Source: an uncultured archaeon (GTDB taxonomy: Archaea; Asgardarchaeota; Heimdallarchaeia; Heimdallarchaeales; Heimdallarchaeaceae). Taken from it: DNA of 64,000 nucleotides. The notes under the pieces are model-generated. The model saw only the letters and a list, made by a program, of their open reading frames with translations. It was not told the DNA's origin and searched no databases. The position numbers and the translations under genes are program-made. The stretch is from contig CAZHRF010000008.1 in NCBI GenBank assembly GCA_964534625.1, positions 1-64,000 on the forward strand. Reading direction: 5' to 3'. Below are positions 19,020-28,506 of this stretch, piece after piece (position 1 is the first letter of the stretch; each line of letters opens with the position of its first letter).

Positions 19020-20288
19020 ATGCCTTTCTATTCTGGTAAAAGTATGGGTAAATTTCGGAGAAAATTTACCTTCTATTTCTTGGGATTAACCTCTGGACTT
19101 CTTACTTCTATTTGGGTTATTCTTGATATGATAGCTAATCGAAGATATATCACTAATGTCTATCTTTTTGGCGCATTTGAAATGTTTGTAGGGCTTATTG
19201 TCTCGCTCCTTCTTGTTCTTGTTTTTCTAATTCCCATTCCTAATAAAAAGAAACCAAAAATGTTGATTGGGCATTTATTTGATCCTTCTTTCAATAAAAT
19301 AGTACTGCCCAAAGATAAACAAGCTCTCTATACTTTGTTAGCTGGGCTTTCTGCTGGTGGTAATACAATACTTTACTTTATCTTGATAGGTAAATATGAT
19401 GCATCGGTAATCATGCCCTTTAGCCAGTTTGTATTAATCTACCTTTTAGCTGGAGATGCGATAACAGAAAGAGAGAAACCTGTTTTAATAGAAATACAAT
19501 CAATCATCACAATTACAATAGGCGTGATAATAGCTTCCATAACACAAGATGCGGCAATCTTCGATATGCAAGGATTCTTATTAGTTATAGGACCATTTAG
19601 CCTCTTTTCTGCTTTCTATACCTACTTCCAGAAAAAAGCACTTGCTGTAAAAGATGACAAAGGAAAGAAAATGGATACAGTTAATTTACGTTTATGGACA
19701 TTGCTGATAATGGTTATTATACAAATCTCATTCTCATTACCATTTATATCTTTCGAAGATTGGCAAGAATTACAGCTAAACTGGGTTTTCTCTTTGCCTT
19801 ATATTATTTCCTCTATGCTATTAGTTTATATTGGAGTTATATTTTATACTAGGGCTTTGAATATGGGTAAAATGAGCGTTGTTAAATCGCTTAATAGTAT
19901 TAATGTTATCATGACCATACCTTTAGCTGCTTTGGCTTCTTTTTGGTGGTCAGATGTCTTTCAGAATGAATTTTCTACAGTAAGCAGTACAATATTAAAG
20001 ATGGTCGGGGCGATTCTTGTTCTAACTGGAGTAATTGCTCTAGCGATGTCTGAAGTACGAGGTATTTTCCTAGCTAAACTGCAACAAGGCGAACCTATTG
20101 AGCTTGAAAAATTGACAAAAATGGCAGGTATAGACAAAGTTTCTTTTGTCACTGGTAGGTATGATTTGTTAATCTCTATTAAAACAAGGTCTATCGGTAA
20201 AACATATAATTTAATTGAGAAGAATATATCTAAAATGCCATGGATAGCAGATATCACAACTTTGCAAGTAATGAAAGAATATAATTAA
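19020..20288 (+). CDS. EamA/DMT-like transporter with C-terminal RAM domain
   Basis: ~10 TM in two halves (ASVIMPFSQ..EREK; GKMSVVKSL..GAILVLTGVIAL); C-terminal VTGRYDLLI..ISKMPWIADITT. Confidence 0.78.
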   Translation: MPFYSGKSMGKFRRKFTFYFLGLTSGLLTSIWVILDMIANRRYITNVYLFGAFEMFVGLIVSLLLVLVFLIPIPNKKKPKMLIGHLFDPSFNKIVLPKDKQALYTLLAGLSAGGNTILYFILIGKYDASVIMPFSQFVLIYLLAGDAITEREKPVLIEIQSIITITIGVIIASITQDAAIFDMQGFLLVIGPFSLFSAFYTYFQKKALAVKDDKGKKMDTVNLRLWTLLIMVIIQISFSLPFISFEDWQELQLNWVFSLPYIISSMLLVYIGVIFYTRALNMGKMSVVKSLNSINVIMTIPLAALASFWWSDVFQNEFSTVSSTILKMVGAILVLTGVIALAMSEVRGIFLAKLQQGEPIELEKLTKMAGIDKVSFVTGRYDLLISIKTRSIGKTYNLIEKNISKMPWIADITTLQVMKEYN

Positions 20289-20366
20289 ATTAACAGGTAT
20301 CAGTCAAATGACATTGATTGACTTTTTTCTTCTTTTATCATGATTAAACTGATTTCGGTAATATTG

Positions 20367-21011
20367 TTAGTTATTCCCACTCATCATTTCATCCATATTT
20401 GTTTTAACATATTCTTTTAGCGCGGTAGGCAATTTCCCATATTTTCTTGTAGAACCATCCCAATATATTTTAACATTAGTATCTATGGTAAGGCTTTCAA
20501 GTTTTTGACAATTAGTTAGCGGTGTTACATTGAGCTCTGTTAAGTTATTACCTAGTACTTTGAATTCTTTAAGTTCAGGTAAATTCTCTAGCGGCGTAAG
20601 ATCAAGTGTTTCCAGTAAATTGCCACTCACATTAATTTTTTGTAATGTCTTACAATTAGAAATGGGTTCTAAGTCTAATTTTTTGAGTTGATTCCTGTAA
20701 AGGTATAGTTCTTGTAAATTAGTTAGATTTGTGAGCGGTGTTAAGTCAACAGTACTGATTTTATTTGAAGAAAGATCAAGTATTCTCAAATTTGAGCATT
20801 TTTTAAGCGGCTTTAGGTCTATAAGATCTAATGCATTGAAATTAATAAAAATAGCTTGCAAGTTACATATTTTCTCATTAGAAAGCGGAGATAAATCGAT
20901 ATCTGTAATGAAACTAAATGAAAAATCTAGTGCTTCATTTATATCTGAGATAGAAAAAGAAATTTGTTTCTCATTGTTTTTCTTTGATTTACAATTGAAA
21001 TTTAACTCCAT
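20367..21011 (-). CDS. Leucine-rich repeat protein
   Basis: 22-aa LRRs; C-cap (IDTNVKIYW..LP) shared with 14188-15084. Confidence 0.9.
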   Translation of the reverse strand: MELNFNCKSKKNNEKQISFSISDINEALDFSFSFITDIDLSPLSNEKICNLQAIFINFNALDLIDLKPLKKCSNLRILDLSSNKISTVDLTPLTNLTNLQELYLYRNQLKKLDLEPISNCKTLQKINVSGNLLETLDLTPLENLPELKEFKVLGNNLTELNVTPLTNCQKLESLTIDTNVKIYWDGSTRKYGKLPTALKEYVKTNMDEMMSGNN

Positions 21012-21311
21012 GATATACCTTAGATGCTTCACTTTAAATATTTAATGGAGAAAACAAGATATATTAATTCTAATCTTATCTCTTGGCACATAAAGTTCTA
21101 TTTGTGGAAAATACTACTTACTAGAAGTCATTCTTTACTTATCATTAAGAATTAAAGAAAAAGGGTTGACAAGAGAAAATTTAATTTCCTTTTTTTCTGG
21201 GGTATATCATCAACAATTACACTATTGAATATATATTCAAACACCAGACCTACTTATCCAAATCTTTTTAATGCCCTCGGTGTCACGATTTTTGAAAAGG
21301 TGTTATTGTAT

Positions 21312-22394
21312 TTGAAACACAAAAACGTACTATTAATAGCAATTGTAACAATAATCCTCGTAGGAGGAGGAACTGCTTTATTGTTGGTTGATATTGGTCC
21401 TACAGGTACAAGGACTGTAACTGATATGGCAGGAAGAAAAGTATCAATACCCTCTAAGGTTGAACGAGTCGTTGGAGTAGGTCCTGGTGCATTAAGGCTT
21501 TTAGTCTATTTAGAAGCAACTGATTTGGTGGTTGGTGTCGAAACAATTGAACATACCAGTAATAATACAAGACCCTATAATATCGCTCATCCAGGGTTAT
21601 TAGATCTCCCTTTAATTGGCCCCATGCATGGAGGAGATCCTGAGCTTATTGCAGCACAAACTCCCGATGTGATACTTTGGACTTATGCCCAAGCGGGAGA
21701 AGCTAATGATTTACAGACAAAGACCGGAATTCCTGTGATAGTGTTGGGTTATGGATCTTTAGAAGCCGAAAGAGACATATTTTATGCAGCATTAGAATTA
21801 ACAGCTATTGTCCTTAATAAAGAAGAAAGAGCCTCATCTCTAATGAACTATTTTGATAATATGATTGCGGATTTAGATAACAGAACGAAAACGATTAGTA
21901 ATCAAAACCGGCCATCAGTTTATGTTGGAGGAGTTAGTTATAGAGGAGCCCATGGCTTAACATCCACTCGATCTATTTATGCCCCATTCAATTTTACTAA
22001 TTCCTTGAATGTAGGAGCGAATTTATCAAGTGACCATACCTTTATTGATCCAGAACAACTAATTGAATGGGACCCTGATATAATTTTTGTAGATCAAGGA
22101 GGATTAAGTTTGGTTATGCAAGATCTGCAAAATACCACCGCTTTCTATTCAACTCTTACTGCTGTTCAAACAGGTGAATTGTATTGTGTTTTGCCTTACA
22201 ATTTCTACACTGGAAATATGGGAACTATATTAGCTGATGCATATTATGTAGGTACAATACTTTATCCAGAGTATTTCACAGATATTGATCCCATTGAAAA
22301 AGCTGGAGAGATTTACTCATTTCTAGTAGGATCTGATGTTTATGCTACCATGGCCCAAACATTTGGCGGCTTCTATAAGTTAAAGTTGGATTAA
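21312..22394 (+). CDS. Fe-siderophore/cobalamin ABC transporter substrate-binding protein
   Basis: N-terminal TM anchor, VTDMAGRKVSIP..RVV, PELI..PDVI, EWDPDIIF; start uncertain (track 21225; TTG 21306 or 21312 after AGGTG). Confidence 0.88.
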   Translation: MKHKNVLLIAIVTIILVGGGTALLLVDIGPTGTRTVTDMAGRKVSIPSKVERVVGVGPGALRLLVYLEATDLVVGVETIEHTSNNTRPYNIAHPGLLDLPLIGPMHGGDPELIAAQTPDVILWTYAQAGEANDLQTKTGIPVIVLGYGSLEAERDIFYAALELTAIVLNKEERASSLMNYFDNMIADLDNRTKTISNQNRPSVYVGGVSYRGAHGLTSTRSIYAPFNFTNSLNVGANLSSDHTFIDPEQLIEWDPDIIFVDQGGLSLVMQDLQNTTAFYSTLTAVQTGELYCVLPYNFYTGNMGTILADAYYVGTILYPEYFTDIDPIEKAGEIYSFLVGSDVYATMAQTFGGFYKLKLD

Positions 22395-22395
22395 C

Positions 22396-23469
22396 ATGAT
22401 CCGAGATAAAGAAACTATAACTTCATCATATGATCAATATGTAAATAAGAAAGTATGGTTTATTGCCATTTCGATAAGTCTCTTGATTTTTTTCATTTTT
22501 TTAGGGTTAACGTTTGGTTCTGCTGATATATCCTTAGGTGAAATAATCAAGGCTTTTTTTAAAAATGGAGATCATGTTCATGAACAAATTATCTGGAAAA
22601 TAAGATTACCCAGAGTTTTATCCGCATCTCTTGCTGGTATGGCTTTGGCTGTTGTCGGGGTATCTATGCAAAGTATTCTTAGGAACCCCTTGGGCTCTCC
22701 TTTCACCCTTGGTTTGTCAAATGCTGCTGCTTTTGGTGCTTCATTTGCTGTTATCATTTTAGGCGCAGGATCTCAACATAGTAGTTCTTCTGATGCAGTA
22801 CTAATTAATAACCCTTATCTTATTACTCTATCTGCTTTTTTTTGGTGTGCAGTAGCAACTTATTGTGTCTTATTAATAATCAAATTAAAACTTGCAGATC
22901 CGAAAACAATGATTCTCATGGGTATTATAATGGGTTCACTTTTTTCAGCAGGAACAACTGCATTACAATATTTTGCAGATGACGTACAATTAGCTTCAAT
23001 AGTTTTTTGGACTTTTGGCGATTTAAGCCGATCAGATTGGAAAAATTTCCTTATTCTCTTACTTGTAGTTTTACCTGGTTCTTTATACTTAATTTCTAAT
23101 AGCTGGAATTATGCCACTTTGAACTCAGGTGATGAAACTGCAATGAGTTTAGGAGTAGATACAGAAAAAATTAGGATACGAGGAATGTTAGTTTCTTCTC
23201 TTTTAACAGCAACAGTAGTGGCTTTTTATGGTATTATAGGCTTTGTAGGCTTAGTTGTTCCACATATTGTACGACGTTTTGTAGGTAATGATGAAAGGTA
23301 CTTGATACCTGCAACAACTGTATTTGGTGGATTATTTCTCTTGGTAGCTGATACAGTAGCTAGGACAATTATTGCGCCAATAGTCTTACCGGTAGGCATT
23401 TTAACATCGTTTCTAGGTGCACCATTGTTCATGTGGCTTTTAATGAAAGAAAAAGGGAGGAACCTATAA
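22396..23469 (+). CDS. FecCD/BtuC-family ABC permease
   Basis: IRLPRV, LRNPLGSPFTLG, GIIGFVGLVVPH, LPVGILTSFLGAP. Confidence 0.95.
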   Translation: MIRDKETITSSYDQYVNKKVWFIAISISLLIFFIFLGLTFGSADISLGEIIKAFFKNGDHVHEQIIWKIRLPRVLSASLAGMALAVVGVSMQSILRNPLGSPFTLGLSNAAAFGASFAVIILGAGSQHSSSSDAVLINNPYLITLSAFFWCAVATYCVLLIIKLKLADPKTMILMGIIMGSLFSAGTTALQYFADDVQLASIVFWTFGDLSRSDWKNFLILLLVVLPGSLYLISNSWNYATLNSGDETAMSLGVDTEKIRIRGMLVSSLLTATVVAFYGIIGFVGLVVPHIVRRFVGNDERYLIPATTVFGGLFLLVADTVARTIIAPIVLPVGILTSFLGAPLFMWLLMKEKGRNL

Positions 23470-23470
23470 G

Positions 23471-24274
23471 ATGATTTTGGACATAAGTGGTTTAAAATTT
23501 GCTTATAATGGAAAACCAGTCTTGAATGATCTAAATTTTAAGATTAACGAAGGAGAAATGGTGGCTATTCTTGGTCCCAATGGATCTGGAAAAAGTACAC
23601 TTTTGAAGTGCATAGATTACATTTTACGTCCTAAGGAAGGTAAAGTTGTGATTAATAATAAAGAATTATCAACTTACAGCAGGAATGATTTAGCTAAAGA
23701 AATAGCCTATGTTCCACAATCGGAAGGTACACCGTTTCCTTCTACTGTGTACGATACAATATTATTGGGAAGAAAACCACATATTGAATGGAAGCCATTA
23801 ACAAAGGATAAAGAGATAGTTTCTTCAATTCTTGATAAACTAGAATTAACTGCTTTTACTTTGAGGAAATTAAATCAGTTAAGTGGTGGTCAAAGACAAA
23901 AAGTTTACATTGGAAGAGCTCTAGCTCAAAAAACGCCTATACTACTTTTAGATGAACCAACAGCCAATTTGGATCCCAAATATCAGCTAGAAGTTATGAA
24001 CCTATTAAAACAACAAGCTGAGAAAGGGGTGAGTATATTGATAGCCATACACGATATTAATCTTGCAGTAAAATATTGTGACAAGATTATTCTACTAAAA
24101 GAAGGTAAAATTTATGCACATGGTGGAATTGAAGTAATTACAAAAAAGAATCTTGAAGAAATATATGAAGTTGATCTAGAGATACTAAAACATAATGGCA
24201 GTATTATAGTAATACCCGAAAAACCAAGAAACCACATTAAGAAGGAAAGTAAAGCAATAATTAAATCCAAATAA
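23471..24274 (+). CDS. FecE/BtuD-family ABC ATPase
   Basis: GPNGSGKST, LSGGQ, LLDEPT, HDINLA. Confidence 0.95.
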   Translation: MILDISGLKFAYNGKPVLNDLNFKINEGEMVAILGPNGSGKSTLLKCIDYILRPKEGKVVINNKELSTYSRNDLAKEIAYVPQSEGTPFPSTVYDTILLGRKPHIEWKPLTKDKEIVSSILDKLELTAFTLRKLNQLSGGQRQKVYIGRALAQKTPILLLDEPTANLDPKYQLEVMNLLKQQAEKGVSILIAIHDINLAVKYCDKIILLKEGKIYAHGGIEVITKKNLEEIYEVDLEILKHNGSIIVIPEKPRNHIKKESKAIIKSK

Positions 24275-24367
24275 TATCTCCTTCTCCTTCTTCAGCATAG
24301 TCTAATTTATTGAAAGGCTGAATTTTTCTTGATATATTTATTCTTTCAATACAGAATTAAATGGCTT

Positions 24368-24405
24368 ATATTCGATGAACGAAATATTCGTTGTTAATTC
24401 GAATT
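24368..24405. promoter_or_regulatory. Candidate transcription-factor operator
   Basis: aacgaa-ata-ttcgtt inverted repeat, aattcgaatt palindrome and atattcg direct repeat, 60-100 bp upstream of the TauE gene. Confidence 0.35.
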
Positions 24406-24466
24406 TGCCTGTTTGATTTAACACAAAATATAATAATCTGAAGTCAAACGCCTATAATGAAAATTT

Positions 24467-25384
24467 ATGATAAACAATGTGCTTCAGTTTATTATCCAAT
24501 TAAATCTAATTATTATAGGCTTAGCTTTTCTATTTCAATTCATGAATGGTACTTTAGGTATGGGTTTTGGCTCTCTCTCTCCCATTCTTATTGCATGGGG
24601 ATTTGCTCCATTAGAGGTAATCCCCGCAATTATTTTTACTAGTGGCATTTTAGGTATAATATCTGGCATATTGCATCTGATTTTTCGTAATATAGATTTC
24701 TGGTATGGTACTAAGAACATTAAAATTGCAGGTTTATTCTTTATTGCTGGTATAATAGCTATATTTATTGGGGTTTTAGTTGCGATAAATATTTCTGCCA
24801 TAGTTTTGAAAACTTATATTGGTTCGCTTACTCTATTAATGGGCTTTATCCTAATTTTTAATGATATCCTTAAAAATCGTAATAAAGAATATTTTATGAA
24901 ACTCCAACAATACTTCAATAGCTTTGAGAAGAAAATTTTAGAAAAAAAGAAAAAGAGTTTTTATGATCCACATGAGGGTATAGAAATGCACAAAGAAGTA
25001 TCTTGGCTAAGACTTGGTGCATTAGCATCCTTGGCATCCTTTAATAAAGGTATGACTGGTAGTGGATATGGTCCTGTTCTATCAGCTGGACAAGTCATTT
25101 CTGGAATGGATAGTAAAAGAGCTGTTGGTATTACTGTTCTTGTTGAAGGTTTAGTCAGTTCTGTGGGTTTTATTGTTTATTATTTTTTAAATCAAACCAC
25201 GACCATTAATTGGACTTTAACAATTTCAATTCTCGCTGGTGGTTTGGTAGCAGCACCAATCTCTGCGTTAATAGTAAAAAAAACACATCCTGGTAATCTC
25301 AAATATGCAATGGGGATTTTATGTGCATTAATAGGCTTATTCTCTATTATCGATACGATTATAGATTTTACAATACTCATGTAA
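24467..25384 (+). CDS. TauE/SafE (TSUP) sulfite exporter family protein
   Basis: GTLGMGFG..SPIL and NKGMTGSGYGP repeats; AAPISA. Confidence 0.88.
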   Translation: MINNVLQFIIQLNLIIIGLAFLFQFMNGTLGMGFGSLSPILIAWGFAPLEVIPAIIFTSGILGIISGILHLIFRNIDFWYGTKNIKIAGLFFIAGIIAIFIGVLVAINISAIVLKTYIGSLTLLMGFILIFNDILKNRNKEYFMKLQQYFNSFEKKILEKKKKSFYDPHEGIEMHKEVSWLRLGALASLASFNKGMTGSGYGPVLSAGQVISGMDSKRAVGITVLVEGLVSSVGFIVYYFLNQTTTINWTLTISILAGGLVAAPISALIVKKTHPGNLKYAMGILCALIGLFSIIDTIIDFTILM

Positions 25385-25435
25385 TTTAAAATATGGTTTA
25401 TGATTGGTTTATGATTGTTTATTGTTGTTCAAAGA

Positions 25436-26200
25436 TCACCAAATAAATGGTATGAGCGCCTTTCTTCTTTCTGGATATTCTTCAAATTTATTGTTGTACC
25501 ATTTATGGTGTTGAACAGCTCTTGGAGCTAAATTTGCAAAAGTCCATATGAAAAATATTAATCCTGCTAATGACCATGTTAATAGTGCCCATCCTGCCCA
25601 TTCGATTATTTCTCCTAAATAGTTGGGGCAAGAAACATATTCAAACATACCTCCTTTTGGTATTTTATACCCTTTCTCACCGGGCTTACGTAGATTTCTT
25701 AAGATGAAATCCGCGTTTCTATTAATACTATATCCTCCATAAAAAACTACTAAACCTACAATAAAGCGTATATCCAAAAACCATTGTAAAGTATAGATAT
25801 GCTCATCAGCAAAATAGAATAAATACCTCCCTTGCAGATATGTATTACATGTATTGAATAACATACCCATGATCATAACGCTTACTGGAAAGTTTTTCTT
25901 TTCATACAATTTTATCGGATAAATAAATGCTCTATGTATATAATGACTTTGCCATATGATCAAAAAAACTATTAACACGGGATTTTTTTGTTTATCACCA
26001 ATTACATAGAAAACTATCATAAGAATTGACGCAGGAGTTTCCATAATTATCCATCCTAGCCTATTAGAAATAGATGTTCCCCATCCTTTACGTTTATACC
26101 TCCCATAAGGAGCTGCAACATAGAGAAGAAAGACAAAGCTAATTGATGCTACAACGATGAAAGAGAAGGCTATAAGATTATAAAATTCTAGTTCTATCAT
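25436..26200 (-). CDS. 3-oxo-5-alpha-steroid 4-dehydrogenase family (SRD5A/DET2-like)
   Basis: APYGRY, WIIMETP, HYIHRA, YKIPKGGMFEYVSCPNYLGEIIEW, NLAPRA..HHKWY, RKALIPF. Confidence 0.93.
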   Translation of the reverse strand: MIELEFYNLIAFSFIVVASISFVFLLYVAAPYGRYKRKGWGTSISNRLGWIIMETPASILMIVFYVIGDKQKNPVLIVFLIIWQSHYIHRAFIYPIKLYEKKNFPVSVMIMGMLFNTCNTYLQGRYLFYFADEHIYTLQWFLDIRFIVGLVVFYGGYSINRNADFILRNLRKPGEKGYKIPKGGMFEYVSCPNYLGEIIEWAGWALLTWSLAGLIFFIWTFANLAPRAVQHHKWYNNKFEEYPERRKALIPFIW

Positions 26201-26372
26201 TTTGATATCCGAAAAAAAGAACACTGATATAAATATCTTTCACCAAAAGGATTACAAAAAAGTGTTGGAAACACGATTAAAGGATTTTTTTATTTTGAAA
26301 CCACCTAAATCTTTTGATTTAAGCCTCCAATACTAATTCTAATCTCGCTTTAATGAGCTTTTTTAACAATAT

Positions 26373-26576
26373 TTATTGTTTTCTTCCGCAATAAGGACAA
26401 TGATCTTGTTCAGGAGTCAATTCTTCTTCACAATACCAGCAGAGTTTGGTATCATAATCTTCTTTAAATTTCTCTTTGTATTTTTGTCTCTTTTTTATAT
26501 AACGAATTGTGCTTATTAAGACAAGTGCAATTAGAACTATAATTATTACAATAATAGTAATTGTTATGACATTCAT
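26373..26576 (-). CDS. Small single-TM zinc-ribbon protein
   Basis: N-terminal TM, then CWYC..CPYCG. Confidence 0.75.
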   Translation of the reverse strand: MNVITITIIVIIIVLIALVLISTIRYIKKRQKYKEKFKEDYDTKLCWYCEEELTPEQDHCPYCGRKQ

Positions 26577-26632
26577 GTTGTACTATACTATAAAACTCAA
26601 TGATAAATATTTCTTAAGTTTTTATTTTTATT

Positions 26633-26746
26633 TTGAACTTCCGAAATAGTGTGATAATACATCAAAATCAAGAAATAAATCGATTTATTTTCGGTGTAAA
26701 CATATTGAAGAGTATATAATATTATTGCTTAATTCGGAAAGTACTA
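26633..26746 (+). mobile_element. MITE copy 4
   Basis: ttgaacttccgaaatagtgtg...cttaattcggaaagtacta; TSD 4/5 (ttatt/ttatg). Confidence 0.72.
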
Positions 26747-26820
26747 TTATGAGTTCTCTCTGTATGAGTTGTGATAGATTTCAAGAAAAGTATTTAAAGC
26801 ATCAAAAATATACCGTTTTT

Positions 26821-28374
26821 ATGAATATCTCTGACATTGGCTCTTTAATTCAAAGACTGGTTCAAAAAACCAACAAATCAGAAGATCAAATCAAGGTAAT
26901 GATTGCAAATAAAGTAAAAGAATATGAAGGTTTATTGACAGAATCAGGTGCAGCCTTTCTTATTCTCAAAGAAATTGATGATACGTTTACGCAAACTACT
27001 ACATACAAACCCGAATTTTTAGCTATCAATAAAATCACTAAGTCCCACGGTATTTGTTCTGTTAAAGGTATAATCGTTTCTAGCTCAAATGTTCGTTCTT
27101 TTCTTAGAAAAGATGGATCAGTAGGCGAGTATACTTCTTTTCTTTTATCGGATAATACAGATTTAATTCGTGTTGTTCTGTGGGATGAGAAAACCTCTTT
27201 TGTTGAATCTCTTGATTTAAAAAGAGGAAAAACCGTTGAAATTATTAATGTTTACCCTAAAACTGACCGTAATCAAAAATTGGAATTACATTCAGGGAGA
27301 AATACAATAATCGAACCTCTTTCTACTGATGAAGAGTATATTTTACCTGAAGCTGAGCATATAGATATAACAAACATTGATGAATCTACTAGCAATTTCA
27401 AAATTATTGCTAAAATAGAATCAATATCTCCAGAGAGAGTATTCGAACGTTCAGATGGTACAGAAGGTAAAGTTATCAATTACGTGCTTAGAGATAAAAC
27501 TGGTACTATCAGTTTAGCATTTTGGAATAAAAGAACGGAAAAGGCTAAAGAAATTATGGGTGCTACTACTCATCTATCAGAAGCGATCATTGAAGTAGTT
27601 AATCCTTATGTCCGCAAGAATAGTTTTGAAGAACTTGAATTAGGTGTTGGGCGAGAAACAGAGATCACTATTTTAGAGAACTACGACTTAGGCTTACCCG
27701 ATGAATATCCAACAAAAGATTTACCCTTAATCAAAATAGGAGAAATTGATAAAGAGAGTGGTTTTGTTAGAACTATGGGTATAGTAGGTAAAGTGCGGGA
27801 GATAAATGAATTTACCCGATCAAATGGAGATTTGGGGGCAGTATGTTCTTTTTATTTAATTGATGAAACGGGTGAGATTAGAGTTGTTCTTTGGAACGAG
27901 AAAACAGAATTGATTAATGAATTGTTAGAGTATGCACCCGTTCAGTTGAACAATTTTATTGCCAAACTAGACAGAGAAAATGAAATAGAATTACATTCCA
28001 TAAACTCTTCTTCTATCACCAAAGAAGGACTTGAAGAAATATTCACCCCTGAAAACTTTCTAAAAAACATCTTCGAGATCAAAGATAGAATGTATAATTT
28101 AACTATCCGAGTAAAAATTAATTCAATAGGCGAAGAGAGAACCTATATAAGAGATGATGGTTCTTCAGCTACCGTATTGAATGTTGATGTGGAAGATTTG
28201 ACAGGAAAAGCGCGATTATCTGTCTGGGATAATGAAATAGCAAAAATAGAATCAATTCCAGAAGAAACATGGGTTGAAATAACAGGTGTAAGATCAAAGG
28301 TATCTGAAATGGGTTTAGACTTAATCTTAAGCAAAGCATCTAAAGTTGAAGTATTAAAACAAGCAAGAAATTAG
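26821..28374 (+). CDS. rpa: Replication protein A (about 4 OB folds)
   Basis: Repeated F.R.DG..G..D.TG.I....W motifs; N-terminal GLLTESGA helical domain; the track's TTG start lies inside MITE copy 4. Confidence 0.88.
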   Translation: MNISDIGSLIQRLVQKTNKSEDQIKVMIANKVKEYEGLLTESGAAFLILKEIDDTFTQTTTYKPEFLAINKITKSHGICSVKGIIVSSSNVRSFLRKDGSVGEYTSFLLSDNTDLIRVVLWDEKTSFVESLDLKRGKTVEIINVYPKTDRNQKLELHSGRNTIIEPLSTDEEYILPEAEHIDITNIDESTSNFKIIAKIESISPERVFERSDGTEGKVINYVLRDKTGTISLAFWNKRTEKAKEIMGATTHLSEAIIEVVNPYVRKNSFEELELGVGRETEITILENYDLGLPDEYPTKDLPLIKIGEIDKESGFVRTMGIVGKVREINEFTRSNGDLGAVCSFYLIDETGEIRVVLWNEKTELINELLEYAPVQLNNFIAKLDRENEIELHSINSSSITKEGLEEIFTPENFLKNIFEIKDRMYNLTIRVKINSIGEERTYIRDDGSSATVLNVDVEDLTGKARLSVWDNEIAKIESIPEETWVEITGVRSKVSEMGLDLILSKASKVEVLKQARN

Positions 28375-28506
28375 AAAATTGCAATAATGGAGATACCATA
28401 TGGTACTTCCTGAGCTGTATAACGCACAGACTCGAAGTCTAGTACACAAGTCGCTGTACAATTTGTTTTTTTAATTTATTAACTATTTGGGATTGATTAC
28501 GTCTGA

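Noticed and set aside
21033-21311. Cobalamin riboswitch upstream of the Btu/Fec-like operon
   Set aside because: No B12-box or GC-rich stems seen
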